This document shows positions 1-9,166 of a stretch of 22,183 nt of DNA, one piece after another; positions within the stretch are counted from its first letter, which is position 1; every line of letters begins with the position of its first letter. The notes beneath the pieces are model-generated. The model had not been told where the DNA came from. It worked only from the letters and a program-made list of their open reading frames with translations, and ran no database searches. Made by a program: the position numbers and the translations under genes. Source of the DNA: Actinomycetales bacterium (lineage in GTDB: Bacteria; Actinomycetota; Actinomycetes; Actinomycetales; Actinomycetaceae); assembly GCA_017882885.1 (NCBI GenBank), contig JADGOQ010000008.1, positions 1 to 22,183 on the forward strand, read 5' to 3'.

Positions 1-686
1 CCCTGGCCGACGAGCTCGCCGCCGCTGGCGTCGCGGTGGTGCACTGCCCGGTGGTGCGGACGGAGCCGCTGCCGGTCACCGGCCTGGCGGACCACCTGGC
101 CTGGGTGGGCGACGACTGGCTGGTCGTCACCTCTCCGCGCACCGTGGACTTCCTCCTCGAATTCGCCACCCGGGAGGTTGTCCCGGCGGGGGCGCTCGCG
201 GCACCCCGGTGCGCCTGCGTGGGGGCGGCCACCGCCCGGGCCGCGCGGGCGGCGGGACTGCGCGTCGCCGTCGTCGGGGACGCCGACGCCGAGCGGCTCG
301 TGGAGCTGATGCCGGTGGCGGGGCCGTCGTCGCCCACGGACGTCCAGGTGCGCGCCCTACTCCCCGGATCGGCCCTCGCCCGCCCCGCCCTGGGCGAGGG
401 CCTGCGCGCGAAGGGGTACGACGTCCGCTCGCTGACGCTCTACCGGACCGTCAACGCGCCGCCGCCACCGGGCGCCCTCCAGCGAGCCGCGGAGTGCGAC
501 GCCGTCCTCGCCGCCGCGACCTCGCAGGTGGAGGCGTGGGTGGAGCTTGGCGGGCCGCGCGACGTCCGGTGGATCGCGATGGGCCGACCGACGGCGTCCG
601 CGATCCGCCGCCACGGCATGTCGTGCGTGGTCGCCCCGCACCCCACCGCCGCGGGCCTTCTCACCGCACTGAAGGAGCTGCCATGA
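1..686 (+). CDS. hemD: Uroporphyrinogen-III synthase (HemD), 5' end truncated by window edge
   Basis: ORF 36..686 translates to a HemD-like sequence ([14 protein letters not shown]...). The reading frame stays open back to nt 3 ([14 protein letters not shown]), so the true start lies upstream of the window. The stop overlaps the hemB start (ATGA at 683-686). Synteny is hemD-hemB-hemL. Confidence 0.7.
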   Translation, partial: LADELAAAGVAVVHCPVVRTEPLPVTGLADHLAWVGDDWLVVTSPRTVDFLLEFATREVVPAGALAAPRCACVGAATARAARAAGLRVAVVGDADAERLVELMPVAGPSSPTDVQVRALLPGSALARPALGEGLRAKGYDVRSLTLYRTVNAPPPPGALQRAAECDAVLAAATSQVEAWVELGGPRDVRWIAMGRPTASAIRRHGMSCVVAPHPTAAGLLTALKELP

Positions 687-1648
687 TCCGCCCCCGCCGA
701 CTCCGCTCCACGCCGGCCATGCGCCGCCTGGTCCGGGAGACCCACCTCCATCCCGGGGCGCTCATCCAGCCGCTCTTCGTCAAGGAGGGGCTGGCGGAGC
801 CGCACCCAATCCCCTCGTTGCCAGGGATGGTGCAGCACACCACCGAGTCGCTGCTGGCGGCGGTGCGCGCGGCGGTCGACGCCGGCGTGGGCGGGGTGAT
901 GCTGTTCGGCATCCCGGCGGAGCGGGATCCGGAGGGCTCCGCGGCGCTGGATCCGGACGGGGTGCTGAACACCGCACTCCGTGCCGTGCGGGCCGAGGTG
1001 GGCGACGAGCTGGTGGTGATGGCCGACCTCTGCCTCGACGAGTTCACCTCCCACGGGCACTGCGGGGTGCTGAATGAACGCGGCGCCGTGGCCAACGACG
1101 CCACGCTGGAGATCTACGCCGCGATGGGGGTGGAACTGGCCCGGGCGGGAGCCCACGTCGTGGGGCCGAGCGGCATGATGGACGGCCAGGTGGCCGCGAT
1201 CCGGCGGGCGTTGGACCGTGCGGGGCACGTGGACGTCGCGATCCTTGCCTACGCCGCCAAGTACGCCTCGGCGTTCTACGGCCCGTTCAGGGACGCCGTC
1301 GACAGTTGCCTGCGGGGGGACCGGCGCACCTACCAGATGGACCCGGCCAACCGGCGGGAAGCGCGGCGCGAGGTGGAGCTGGACATCGCCGAGGGCGCGG
1401 ACATCGTGATGGTCAAGCCCGCGCTGTCCTACCTCGACGTGGTGGCGGATGTGGCCGCCACATCCCCGGTGCCGGTGGCCGCCTACCAGGTGAGCGGGGA
1501 GTACGCGATGGTGGAGGCCGCCGCCGCGAACGGCTGGATCGAGCGGGAGGCTGCGATCGCGGAGTCGCTGGTCTCGATCCGCCGCGCGGGGGCGGACATG
1601 ATCCTGACCTACTGGGCCACCGAGGTGGCGGAAGGACTGCGTGGCTGA
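683..1648 (+). CDS. hemB: Porphobilinogen synthase (delta-aminolevulinic acid dehydratase, HemB)
   Basis: Translation from ATG 683: [36 protein letters not shown]... followed by [18 protein letters not shown], a classic HemB N-terminus and active-site region. The ATG lies inside ORF-track ORF 209..1648, whose N-terminal Arg/Gly-rich extension looks spurious. ATGA overlap with the hemD stop. Product is 321 aa. Confidence 0.9.
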   Translation: MIRPRRLRSTPAMRRLVRETHLHPGALIQPLFVKEGLAEPHPIPSLPGMVQHTTESLLAAVRAAVDAGVGGVMLFGIPAERDPEGSAALDPDGVLNTALRAVRAEVGDELVVMADLCLDEFTSHGHCGVLNERGAVANDATLEIYAAMGVELARAGAHVVGPSGMMDGQVAAIRRALDRAGHVDVAILAYAAKYASAFYGPFRDAVDSCLRGDRRTYQMDPANRREARREVELDIAEGADIVMVKPALSYLDVVADVAATSPVPVAAYQVSGEYAMVEAAAANGWIEREAAIAESLVSIRRAGADMILTYWATEVAEGLRG

Positions 1649-3017
1649 CGTGACGATGGAGGGCAACACGACAATGGATGGCTACACGACAATGGAGGCG
1701 CTCTTCGACCGGGCGCGGGCGGCGATCCCGGGCGGCGTGTCCTCACCGGTGCGGGCCTTCGGCTCGGTCGGGGGAACCCCGAGGTTCATCGCCTCCGCAC
1801 GCGGCCCATACGTCACCGACACCGACGGCGTCGAGCGGGTGGACCTCGTGGGCTCCTGGGGTCCGGCGTTGCTGGGGCACGCCCACCACGTGGTGGTGGA
1901 GGCCGTCCGGGAAGCGGCGGGGCGCGGGCTCAGCTTCGGGGCGCCCACGACCGCGGAGGTCGAGTTGGCCGAGATGGTGCGGGCACGGGTGCCGGCGGCG
2001 GAGCTCGTGCGCTTCGTGTCCTCCGGCACCGAGGCGACCATGACGGCGATCCGGCTCGCCCGCGCGGCCACCGGCCGGGACCTCGTGGTGAAGTTCGCCG
2101 GCTGTTACCACGGGCATGCGGACGCGCTGCTGGCCGAGGCCGGTTCCGGGGTCGCCACGGCATCGTTGCCGGGCTCCGCCGGAGTCACGGCCGCCACCGT
2201 GGCGCAGACCCTCGTGCTGCCGTACAACGACCCCGCGGCACTCGCGGCGGCGTTCGCGGAGCGCGGGGACGAGATCGCCTGCGTCATCACGGAGGCGGCA
2301 GGCGCGAACATGGGGGTCGTGGCCCCGCGAGCGGGCTTCAACGCAGCGATCCGCGAGCTGACGGCGCGGCACGGTGCGCTCATGATCAGCGACGAGGTCC
2401 TCACCGGTTTCCGGGTGTCCCCCGCCGGCTGGTTCGGCCTCGAGGGCGTGGTGCCCGACCTGCTCACCTTCGGGAAGGTCGTGGGCGGCGGCATGCCGCT
2501 CGCCGCCCTCGGTGGGCGCGCCGACCTCATGACCCGGCTGGCACCGCTGGGGCCGGTGTACCAGGCGGGCACCCTCTCGGGGAACCCGCTCTCCACTGCC
2601 GCCGGGATTGCCACGCTGCGATTGGCCGACGACGCGGTGTACGCCCACATCAATGAGGCAGCCGCCGTGATCGGGCGGGCCACCAGTGCGGCACTGGCAG
2701 CGGCGGGCATGCCGCACACCCTGCAGCGCGCCGGGAACCTCTTCTCCGTCATGTTCGGCGAACTCGCGGACACGTCCGGTCCGCACGGGCCGTGGGGTGC
2801 GGGCACGGTGGCGGACTACGCGGGCGCCAAGGCCCAGGAGGGCTGGCGGTACCCGGCGTTCTTCCACGCGATGCTCGACGCGGGCGTGGCTCTGCCCCCG
2901 AGTGTCTTCGAGGCGTGGTTCGTCTCCGTGGCGCACGACGACGACGCCGTCGGACGGGTGCTCGAGGCGCTTCCCGGGGCGGCCCGTGCGGCCGCGGAGG
3001 CTCAGCCGCCGAGCTGA
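1641..3017 (+). CDS. hemL: Glutamate-1-semialdehyde 2,1-aminomutase (HemL)
   Basis: [32 protein letters not shown]...[19 protein letters not shown] is a canonical HemL N-terminus, with PLP aminotransferase class-III features throughout. The start is ambiguous: GTG 1641 (GGAAGGA SD 4 nt upstream, 8-nt overlap with hemB), ATG 1656, ATG 1674 or ATG 1692. The conserved core begins at 1692. Confidence 0.88.
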   Translation: MADVTMEGNTTMDGYTTMEALFDRARAAIPGGVSSPVRAFGSVGGTPRFIASARGPYVTDTDGVERVDLVGSWGPALLGHAHHVVVEAVREAAGRGLSFGAPTTAEVELAEMVRARVPAAELVRFVSSGTEATMTAIRLARAATGRDLVVKFAGCYHGHADALLAEAGSGVATASLPGSAGVTAATVAQTLVLPYNDPAALAAAFAERGDEIACVITEAAGANMGVVAPRAGFNAAIRELTARHGALMISDEVLTGFRVSPAGWFGLEGVVPDLLTFGKVVGGGMPLAALGGRADLMTRLAPLGPVYQAGTLSGNPLSTAAGIATLRLADDAVYAHINEAAAVIGRATSAALAAAGMPHTLQRAGNLFSVMFGELADTSGPHGPWGAGTVADYAGAKAQEGWRYPAFFHAMLDAGVALPPSVFEAWFVSVAHDDDAVGRVLEALPGAARAAAEAQPPS

Positions 3018-4390
3018 GCCAGGACCGCCGCGGCGGCGGCCTGGCCCGAGGTGACGCAGTCGGGCAGCCCCACCCCGCGGTAGCTCGCGCCGGCGAGCTG
3101 CCACCGGGGCCGATCCGCGAGTGCCGCATCGATGGTTGCGAGGCGGTCCTTGTGGCCGACCGTGTACTTCGGCATGAGGCCGTCCCACCGCGCGATTCGC
3201 CGGAGGATCGGGGACTCGCCCGCTCCGAACGTCTCGGCGATGTCGCGCTCGACCGCGGCGTACACCTCGTTGTCAGGCCGCTGGTGGAGCGCCCGCGACC
3301 GCTCAGGGAGGAAGGACCGGATCAGGACGGTGCGGTCCGGGGCGCGGCCCGCCCACTTGCCGGAAGTGACGGTGCACCCGCTGGAGGGGCTGCGAGGTGT
3401 CCTGCCCGTTCCGGCGTCAAGGAAGCCATGCCCCACGGGTGGAGTCGGGAACGCCTCGGCGCGATACCCGAGGGACACGACGGCGGTCGAGGCGTGCGGG
3501 ATGGCACGCAGGGCGACCGCTGCGGCCGGTCGCTCCCCCTCGACCATCGCGGCGGTCGTGGGAGAGGGCGTGGCGAGGACGACGGCGTCGGCCACCAGCA
3601 CCTCCCCGGAGGCGAGGCGGAGGTGGGACCGTCCGGCGTCGTCGGTGGTGAGGGACACGGCGGCGACGCCGAGCCGCTCCACATACCCCGCTTCGGCACG
3701 GAGGTGGGCCATGAGGGCGTCGATGAGGTCGCCGAGCCCGCCACGCAGGGTGCGGAACGGGGATCCGGCGCCCTTGGGTGCCTTCCGGCCTGCCTTGAGG
3801 CTGGCGAGGATGAGGCTGCGGCTCTCGTCCTCGTAGGCCCGCAACATGGGCAGAACGGCGTCCAGGCTGAGCTCCTCGATCGAGGTGCCATAGATGCCGC
3901 CGATCAGGGGGTCGGCGAGACGCTCGATGATCGCGGGGCCGAGGCGGTGGCGCAGGAACTGCCCGATCGCCATGTCCTCCGGGCCGAGGTACCGCGGGAG
4001 GAGGACGTCGAGGCCGGCGTGGAGCTTCTGCGGCCAGGTGAAGAGGCGGGTGCGCACGAACGGGCCGAGGCGGGTGGGGAGCACCAGGCCCATTCCCTCC
4101 GGCATGGCGACCATCTCGCCGTCTCGCCGGAGGTACACGATCCGCGGCTCGGTGACGGAGATGATGTCATTCCCGAGGCCGAACCGACTGGCCAGTGCGG
4201 CTGCGGCGGGGCGGTAGGAGACGAAGGAGTCCGGCCCGTGCTCGACCAAGAAGCCGTCCACGTGCTCGGTGCGGATCTTGCCGCCCGCCTGGGGCGCGGC
4301 GTCGACCAACGTGACCTCGACCCCCGCGTCCACCAGGTCGACGGCGGCGGCCAGCCCCGTGACGCCCGCCCCGACAACGACTGCCCTCAC
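3002..4390 (-). CDS. hemY: Coproporphyrinogen/protoporphyrinogen oxidase (CgoX/HemY, FAD-dependent)
   Basis: N-terminal dinucleotide-binding motif [56 protein letters not shown] is typical of HemY/CgoX. The start is taken as GTG 4390, which overlaps the upstream rSAM stop (GTGA) and has a GGAGG SD 8 nt upstream. The ORF-track start at 4501 adds 37 implausible residues. Product is 462 aa. The 3' end overlaps hemL convergently by 16 nt. Confidence 0.85.
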   Translation of the reverse strand: MRAVVVGAGVTGLAAAVDLVDAGVEVTLVDAAPQAGGKIRTEHVDGFLVEHGPDSFVSYRPAAAALASRFGLGNDIISVTEPRIVYLRRDGEMVAMPEGMGLVLPTRLGPFVRTRLFTWPQKLHAGLDVLLPRYLGPEDMAIGQFLRHRLGPAIIERLADPLIGGIYGTSIEELSLDAVLPMLRAYEDESRSLILASLKAGRKAPKGAGSPFRTLRGGLGDLIDALMAHLRAEAGYVERLGVAAVSLTTDDAGRSHLRLASGEVLVADAVVLATPSPTTAAMVEGERPAAAVALRAIPHASTAVVSLGYRAEAFPTPPVGHGFLDAGTGRTPRSPSSGCTVTSGKWAGRAPDRTVLIRSFLPERSRALHQRPDNEVYAAVERDIAETFGAGESPILRRIARWDGLMPKYTVGHKDRLATIDAALADRPRWQLAGASYRGVGLPDCVTSGQAAAAAVLAQLGG

Positions 4391-5481
4391 CCGGCCGCCT
4401 CCACGAGCTTCGCGTACGCCGGGGGGACGTAGGTGCAGAACGGGTCCTCTGCGAGGGGATCCCCGAAGGCGGCATACGCCCGCGCCCGCGACCCGCCGCA
4501 CATCTGCTGGTACTGGCAGTGGTGGCAGCGGCCACCGAACTGCCTCGGGTCGTGGAGGGACCGGAAGAGGGATGCGGTGCGGTAGACGTCCACCAGGCTG
4601 TCGGTGCGGACGTCCCCGACGGGGAGCGGCAGGAACCCGGCTGGGCAGATCTCCCCGAGGTGCGAGACGAAAACGACGCCGTGCCCGTCCCGGACCCCGA
4701 AGCTCCGCATGATCGGGCTGCGGCGGATCTCCTCCGGAGAAACACCCTCCTCACGCAGGACCTCCACGGCAACTCGACGGTAGGAGGGCGCCTCTGTGGT
4801 GGCGACGACGAATGGTGCGCGCCTGGACGTCCGGTGGACCCACCGCATGAGCTCCTCCCCGTCCTCGGGTGGGAGTGGCTCCAGGACAGTGCCCCGGCCC
4901 ACCGAGATGAGGAAGAACAGGCTCCACCGTGCCAGACCGCGCGGTTCCAGCAGCTCGTAGACCGCCGGGATATCCGGAGCCGTCTCGGCGGTGACGAGGG
5001 TGTTCACCTGCAACGGGAGTCCGAGCTCCTGTGCCCAGCCGATCGCGTCCAACGTGCGTCCGAATGTCCCCAGGACTCCGCGGATGGCGTCGTGACGCGC
5101 GGCAGTGGAGCCGTCGAGGCTCAAGCCGAGGCCGGAGACCCCGTGGTCCCGCAGCCGCTCGAGGACGTCCCGGGTCAGAGCTTCGGTGGCCGCGGGCGTG
5201 ATGGACACGCTGATGCCGAGACGCCGCGCCTCGTCGACCAACTCGAGGAGGTCGGGCCGCTCGAGAGGGTCCCCCCCGGTGAGGATCAGGGTGGGCATCG
5301 GGTCACCGAACTGGGGGATCTGGCGCAGGAGGGCGATGCTCTCCTCGTGGGTGAGCTGGCCTGGGTGTGCGTGCGGCATCGCTGCGGCGCGGCAGTGGCG
5401 GCACGCGAGCGCGCAGGCCTGCGTCATCTCCCAGTAGATGTTCAACGGGGTCAGCGAGTAGTCGCGGGGGGCGTGTCTCAC
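4387..5481 (-). CDS. Radical SAM protein with C-terminal SPASM domain (TIGR04053-like/AhbD-like; possible anaerobic heme-pathway enzyme)
   Basis: CxxxCxxC motif (CALACRHC) sits 16 aa from a GTG start. A C-terminal Cys-rich SPASM region follows (CPAGF...CHHCQYQQMCGGSRARAYAAFGDPLAEDPFC). Translationally coupled (GTGA) to the downstream hemY. Confidence 0.85.
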   Translation of the reverse strand: MRHAPRDYSLTPLNIYWEMTQACALACRHCRAAAMPHAHPGQLTHEESIALLRQIPQFGDPMPTLILTGGDPLERPDLLELVDEARRLGISVSITPAATEALTRDVLERLRDHGVSGLGLSLDGSTAARHDAIRGVLGTFGRTLDAIGWAQELGLPLQVNTLVTAETAPDIPAVYELLEPRGLARWSLFFLISVGRGTVLEPLPPEDGEELMRWVHRTSRRAPFVVATTEAPSYRRVAVEVLREEGVSPEEIRRSPIMRSFGVRDGHGVVFVSHLGEICPAGFLPLPVGDVRTDSLVDVYRTASLFRSLHDPRQFGGRCHHCQYQQMCGGSRARAYAAFGDPLAEDPFCTYVPPAYAKLVEAAG

Positions 5482-5561
5482 CTGGTCAACCTATCGCGAC
5501 CTCACCCGTCCACCGGAACGGAGGTCACAGCCCGAGGGGACCGGGGCCGGACCGTGGTTGC

Positions 5562-5969
5562 TCACCAGAGGACGCGAACCCCCGGTAGCGCAGCGAATGC
5601 TGAGTCGCGCGTGATGAGGGTCCAGCCCTCGAGCATCGCCTGGGCCGCGAGCATCCGGTCGAACGGGTCGCGGTGCTCCCAGTCGAGACTGCCCGCCAGG
5701 AGCGCGTGCTCGGCGGTGATCGCCGCGTCGATCGCGCGCAGTCTGGATGTGTGGCGGCCATGGCCCGCAACCAGCACATCCGCTTTCTCAAGCTTGCCGA
5801 GCCGGTGCTTGGTCGCGATCTCCCAAGCGCATGCGGCCGAGACCATGAGCTGGGAGTCACCCGCCTCGATTGCTGTGCGCGCCTCCACACCGAGACGATC
5901 GGGTGCTGTGATGGCCCAGATGAAGGCGTGCGTGTCCAGCAGGAAGGGTCCCGAGTTCAGCCTTCCCAT
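5562..5969 (-). CDS. vapC: Type II toxin VapC (PIN-domain ribonuclease)
   Basis: FLLDTHAFIW...LVAGHGRH...LITRDSAFAALPGVRVLW matches the PIN-domain acidic-residue pattern. Product is 135 aa and overlaps the upstream antitoxin ORF by 13 nt. Confidence 0.85.
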   Translation of the reverse strand: MGRLNSGPFLLDTHAFIWAITAPDRLGVEARTAIEAGDSQLMVSAACAWEIATKHRLGKLEKADVLVAGHGRHTSRLRAIDAAITAEHALLAGSLDWEHRDPFDRMLAAQAMLEGWTLITRDSAFAALPGVRVLW

Positions 5970-6142
5970 GTCGCAAGTTCCTCTTCTGGGAGGTCCTCGA
6001 AGAACGAATTCGGAAGTTCGTACTCCACGAAGCCCAACTCACGCGGTCCCGCACCCCCGAGTGCGATCAGTTTGGCCACCGGCTTGTTGCCCCTCGCGAT
6101 GATGATCTCCTCCCCGGCCTCGACCTCCGCAAGCAGGGCCAC
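5957..6142 (-). CDS. vapB: VapB / Phd-YefM-type antitoxin, N-terminally short
   Basis: AEVEAGEEIIIARGNKPVAKLIAL matches the Phd/YefM beta2-beta3 core, and the acidic C-terminus (FFEDLPEEELATWEG) is typical of the toxin-binding tail. GTG start at 6142. Only 9 residues precede the GEE motif, whereas canonical members have about 20. Confidence 0.6.
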   Translation of the reverse strand: MALLAEVEAGEEIIIARGNKPVAKLIALGGAGPRELGFVEYELPNSFFEDLPEEELATWEG

Positions 6143-6779
6143 GCCGCCGCTCCCCCGTCCGCGTCCACAAGCCCGAACTGCCGCGCCGGTGGCTCTCCAC
6201 GATGTGCACGTCCACGATCCCCATTGCTGCCATGCACGCGAAGACGTTCACCGGCCCCACGAAAGTGAAGCCCCGCGCGCGCAGGTCCTTCGCAAGCGCC
6301 TCGGACTCCGGCGTCTGCGCCGGCACGTCGTCGCCGGTCCGCGGCAGTGGCGTGCGCTTCGGCTGGTACGACCACATCAGCCCCGCCAGCCCACCGTCGA
6401 CGTCGTCGGCGTCCCGCAACGCCACCGTGGCCTGCGCGTTCGTGATGGTTGCGAGGATCTTCCGGTGGTTGCGAACGATGGCGGCGTCGGCCATGAGCCG
6501 CTCGACGTCCTCGGGCCCGTACGCCGCCACCACGTCCGGGTCGAAGCCGTCGAAGGCCTCCCGGAACGCCGGCCGCTTGCGCAGGATCGTCCCCCACGAC
6601 AGCCCCGACTGGAACGCCTCCAGGGCAAGCCGCTCGAACACCCTGCGCTCGTCCCGCACCGGCATGCCCCACTCGGTGTCGTAGTAGTCGCGCATCAGCG
6701 GGTCGTGCGCCGCCCACGCCGGCCGCGCCAGCCCGTCCTCACCCACCACGAGCGAGAAATCGTCGTTGGTCTTCGCCAT
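6039..6779 (-). CDS. tag: DNA-3-methyladenine glycosylase I (Tag); 3' end ill-defined
   Basis: MAKTNDDFSLVVGEDGLARPAWAAHDPLMRDYYDTEWGMPV...LEAFQSGLSWGTIL...VGPVNVFACMAAMGIVDVHIV is a strong Tag match for about 195 aa. A strong SD (GGGGGAGGGG) precedes ATG 6779. After ...VHIVE the ORF continues for about 50 low-complexity residues in a frame that overlaps vapB before reaching a stop at 6039. Confidence 0.8.
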   Translation of the reverse strand: MAKTNDDFSLVVGEDGLARPAWAAHDPLMRDYYDTEWGMPVRDERRVFERLALEAFQSGLSWGTILRKRPAFREAFDGFDPDVVAAYGPEDVERLMADAAIVRNHRKILATITNAQATVALRDADDVDGGLAGLMWSYQPKRTPLPRTGDDVPAQTPESEALAKDLRARGFTFVGPVNVFACMAAMGIVDVHIVESHRRGSSGLWTRTGERRRGPACGGRGRGGDHHREGQQAGGQTDRTRGCGTA

Positions 6780-6944
6780 CCCCTCCCCCTTCAGTTGGTG
6801 GCAGGCTACCCGCCCGCGTGCCGACGACGCCGCCCGGGGTGGCGGGCCGCTGTGGACGACGTCGCGCGAGCGATCCTGTGGAAACCCGGCCGGGGTGCGG
6901 GCCAGGGGTGCGCAGCCCGGCCACGGCTGCCTTGGCCCGCCCGC

Positions 6945-7472
6945 TCAGGCCCCGGCGCCCAGCGCCCCCGCCACCAGCGCTTCCTTCGCCACGTCCGGCA
7001 CACCGGAGACGCGGGCCAGCACGACGCCGTCGGGCCGCACGACGAACGCCGTCACCGTCTCCGTGCTCACGATCCCGGCCGCGCGGCAGAACGCGGCGAC
7101 GTCGGTGTAGGCGGTGAACGTGCGCGCGAGCACCGCGGGGACGCGGATGCCGGCCGTCATACCGCCGTCGATGAAGCCGCGGACCGGCCGGAATCGCCGC
7201 CCGAGCACCGGCACCTCGATGACCAGCGACGACGCGCCCGGATCGAGCCCGAGGGGCGACGGCGCCACGCCGGCCTTCGCCGTCGCCCAGCCAATCCACT
7301 CGTCGACGAGGGACTGGTGCCACTGTTTGAACGCGCAGATCACGAGCGCGCGCGGCACCGGGAGGTCCCGAGGCAGCACCCACTCCGCGCCCTGGAGTGA
7401 GCGCACCTCGAGGTCGGGGAAGCGCGGCAGGTCCGCCCCGCCGCCGGGGCTGGTGACGCTCGAATCGCTCAT
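6945..7472 (-). CDS. Hypothetical protein (175 aa)
   Basis: Long ORF with high GC3 and an ATG start; divergent from padR. No family recognised (LEVRSLQGAEWVLPRDLPVPRALVICAFKQWHQSLVDEW). Confidence 0.5.
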   Translation of the reverse strand: MSDSSVTSPGGGADLPRFPDLEVRSLQGAEWVLPRDLPVPRALVICAFKQWHQSLVDEWIGWATAKAGVAPSPLGLDPGASSLVIEVPVLGRRFRPVRGFIDGGMTAGIRVPAVLARTFTAYTDVAAFCRAAGIVSTETVTAFVVRPDGVVLARVSGVPDVAKEALVAGALGAGA

Positions 7473-7550
7473 GCCCCGATCATCGCGCAGCGGCGGGCGT
7501 TTGGGGAGACCCCGCAGAAACTTGCACTACCCAGATGCTTGCCATGCATG

Positions 7551-7571
7551 CTACTGTGTACCACACACTAG
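7551..7571. promoter_or_regulatory. Imperfect 21-bp palindrome CTAcTGTGTaccACACAcTAG, candidate PadR operator
   Basis: Seen directly: a TGTGT-N3-ACACA core with flanking CTA/TAG, 23 nt upstream of padR GTG 7594 in the 121-nt divergent intergenic region. A TAGAAT -10-like hexamer lies at 7569-7574, and TTGCCA at 7539-7544. Confidence 0.4.
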
Positions 7572-7593
7572 AATTCGACCCGGAGGAGGGACC

Positions 7594-7929
7594 GTGGGCA
7601 AGGACGAACGCTCCGTCCAGCTGCGCAAGGGAGTCATCGAACTCGCCATCCTCGCGCTGCTGCGAGACAAGCCCCGCTACGGCGGTGAGATCGTGGACGA
7701 GCTCGCCGCCCACTCGGGCCTCGAGTCCACCGCCGGCACGGTCTACCCGCTGCTCACGCGGCTCAAATCCGCCGACTTCGTCTACACCACGTGGCAGGAG
7801 TCACCCGTGGGTCCGCCCCGCAAGTACTACACGCTCACCACCACCGGCCGGACCGAACTGCGCGCCCTCGCCGACTCGTGGCGCGAAATGAACGGTGCCC
7901 TCGCCGGCATCCTGGAGGACGACCGATGA
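7594..7929 (+). CDS. PadR-family transcriptional regulator
   Basis: GTG start with GGAGGAGGG SD 3-12 nt upstream. LRKGVIELAILALLRDKPRYGGEIVDELAAHSGLESTAGTVYPLLTRLKSADFVYTTWQESPVGPPRKYYTLTTTGRTEL is a canonical PadR winged helix. Product is 111 aa. Confidence 0.85.
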   Translation: MGKDERSVQLRKGVIELAILALLRDKPRYGGEIVDELAAHSGLESTAGTVYPLLTRLKSADFVYTTWQESPVGPPRKYYTLTTTGRTELRALADSWREMNGALAGILEDDR

Positions 7930-8837
7930 CGCGCCACAATCCTTCCCCCTCCCCGACGGCCGCCGCTCACGAGCTGCCAGACGCCGCCGCCCACTTCCTC
8001 GACGATGTCGCCTCCCACTTGGCCCCCCTCCCGGCCGCGGCCCGCCGGGCCGCGGTCTCTGACCTGCGCGACCTCCTCGCCGAGGGCATCGAACCGGCCG
8101 AACTCGGCCCCGCCAACGAATACGCGGCCACCCTCCGCGCCACGCTCGGGGCCGAGGGCGACGACGGTGACGAGGTCCAGGCGCGGGTCTTCGGCATCCC
8201 CGTGGACATCCGCGGCGCCACGAGCGCGCGCGTGCGCTCGCGCATGTTCGACCCCACGGACCCCCGCATCCTCGTACCCCGCCTCCTGGGCGCCGGCTGG
8301 AGCCCGAATTTCGGCGCGATCGCGGTCCGCCTCGGCCTCATCCGGCCGGACGACCTGGACGCCGATGTCGTCGCCCACATTCCCGAACGCGTCACCGCCG
8401 TCACCCGCGCGGTCCCCTGGCTGCTCGCCGCGAAGACCGCCGCCCTCGCGGCCGTCGCGTGGCGGAGCGGCGAGTCGGTGCCGTCGCACTGGAACAGCGC
8501 GGGGCGGGTGGACGGGTGGTCGGACCGCCGAGTGGCGCTGCTCCCGCTGCTCGCCATCTCTGGAGCCGCGGCCTGGTGGGGCACCCGCCCGACGCCGTCG
8601 CCGGAGGACCGCCTCGTCCGCGCCGCCATCGGCGCGTGGGCCGGGGCGACCACCACCTCCATCGCCGCGGTGACAGTGACGAGCGCGTGGCGCCCCGACG
8701 CGGCGCACCCGGAAGCGGCGATGATTGCCGTCGCGCCCTTCGTCACGGCCGCGGCAATGCTCATCTGCCCGGTGCGCGCCGGAGTGCGCGCCCTCGGACG
8801 TGGCACTGTGGAAGCAACCGCAAAGGACACCCAATGA
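7926..8837 (+). CDS. HAAS/DUF1700-type sensor fused to a DUF1648-like membrane domain
   Basis: ATG 7926 overlaps the padR stop (ATGA). The N-terminus (ELPDAAAHFLDDVASHLAPLPAAARRAAVSDLRDLLAEG) is DUF1700/HAAS-like, the family usually encoded next to PadR. The mid-region (VPSHWNSAGRVDGWSDRR) is DUF1648-like and is followed by hydrophobic TM segments. Confidence 0.7.
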   Translation: MTRHNPSPSPTAAAHELPDAAAHFLDDVASHLAPLPAAARRAAVSDLRDLLAEGIEPAELGPANEYAATLRATLGAEGDDGDEVQARVFGIPVDIRGATSARVRSRMFDPTDPRILVPRLLGAGWSPNFGAIAVRLGLIRPDDLDADVVAHIPERVTAVTRAVPWLLAAKTAALAAVAWRSGESVPSHWNSAGRVDGWSDRRVALLPLLAISGAAAWWGTRPTPSPEDRLVRAAIGAWAGATTTSIAAVTVTSAWRPDAAHPEAAMIAVAPFVTAAAMLICPVRAGVRALGRGTVEATAKDTQ

Positions 8838-9166
8838 ACGACTTCGACACAATCCTCAACCTGCCCCCAATCGCCCTGGTGGCGCTCGGGATCCTCATCG
8901 TGGTGGAGCTGACGCTCCTGGTGATCGGCGTGGTTGCCTGGTCAGGCACGCCGGACGACCACATGCCTCCGCCGAATCGCTGGCTGTGGCTGGCCATCGT
9001 GGTGCTCCTGCAGATCTTCGGGCCGATCGCGTTCCTGATCTCGCGTCGCTCGCAGGCGAAGTACGCGATCACCGACGACGCAACTCCCGCTCCCCCTGCA
9101 CCGCGCCCCTCCGCCGACGCGACGGTCGACCTCCTCTACGGCCCGCGTGAGGACGAGCGCCGGTGA
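8834..9166 (+). CDS. Small membrane protein with PLD-nuclease N-terminal (PLDc_N, PF13396-like) domain
   Basis: ATG 8834 overlaps the upstream stop (ATGA). Two TM segments are present, and the motif WLWLAIVVLLQIFGPIAFLISRR is typical of PLDc_N small proteins found with PadR/ABC modules. Confidence 0.7.
   Translation: MNDFDTILNLPPIALVALGILIVVELTLLVIGVVAWSGTPDDHMPPPNRWLWLAIVVLLQIFGPIAFLISRRSQAKYAITDDATPAPPAPRPSADATVDLLYGPREDERR

Noticed and set aside
209-682. Long N-terminal extension of the hemB ORF (ORF 209..1648, 479 aa, Arg/Gly/Pro-rich)
   Set aside because: It overlaps hemD in another frame, has low-complexity RGRP-type composition typical of off-frame translation of GC-rich DNA, and a canonical HemB N-terminus begins at ATG 683 with ATGA coupling.
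4391-4501. ORF-track start of hemY at 4501 (37 extra N-terminal residues)
   Set aside because: The extension overlaps the rSAM gene's 3' end. The FAD-binding fold begins right after GTG 4390, which has an SD and a GTGA overlap.
5673-7400. 575-aa plus-strand ORF spanning vapC, vapB, tag and the hypothetical gene
   Set aside because: It is antisense to four well-supported minus-strand genes. Its composition is Arg/Pro/Gly-rich with no recognisable domains, a typical GC-rich shadow ORF.
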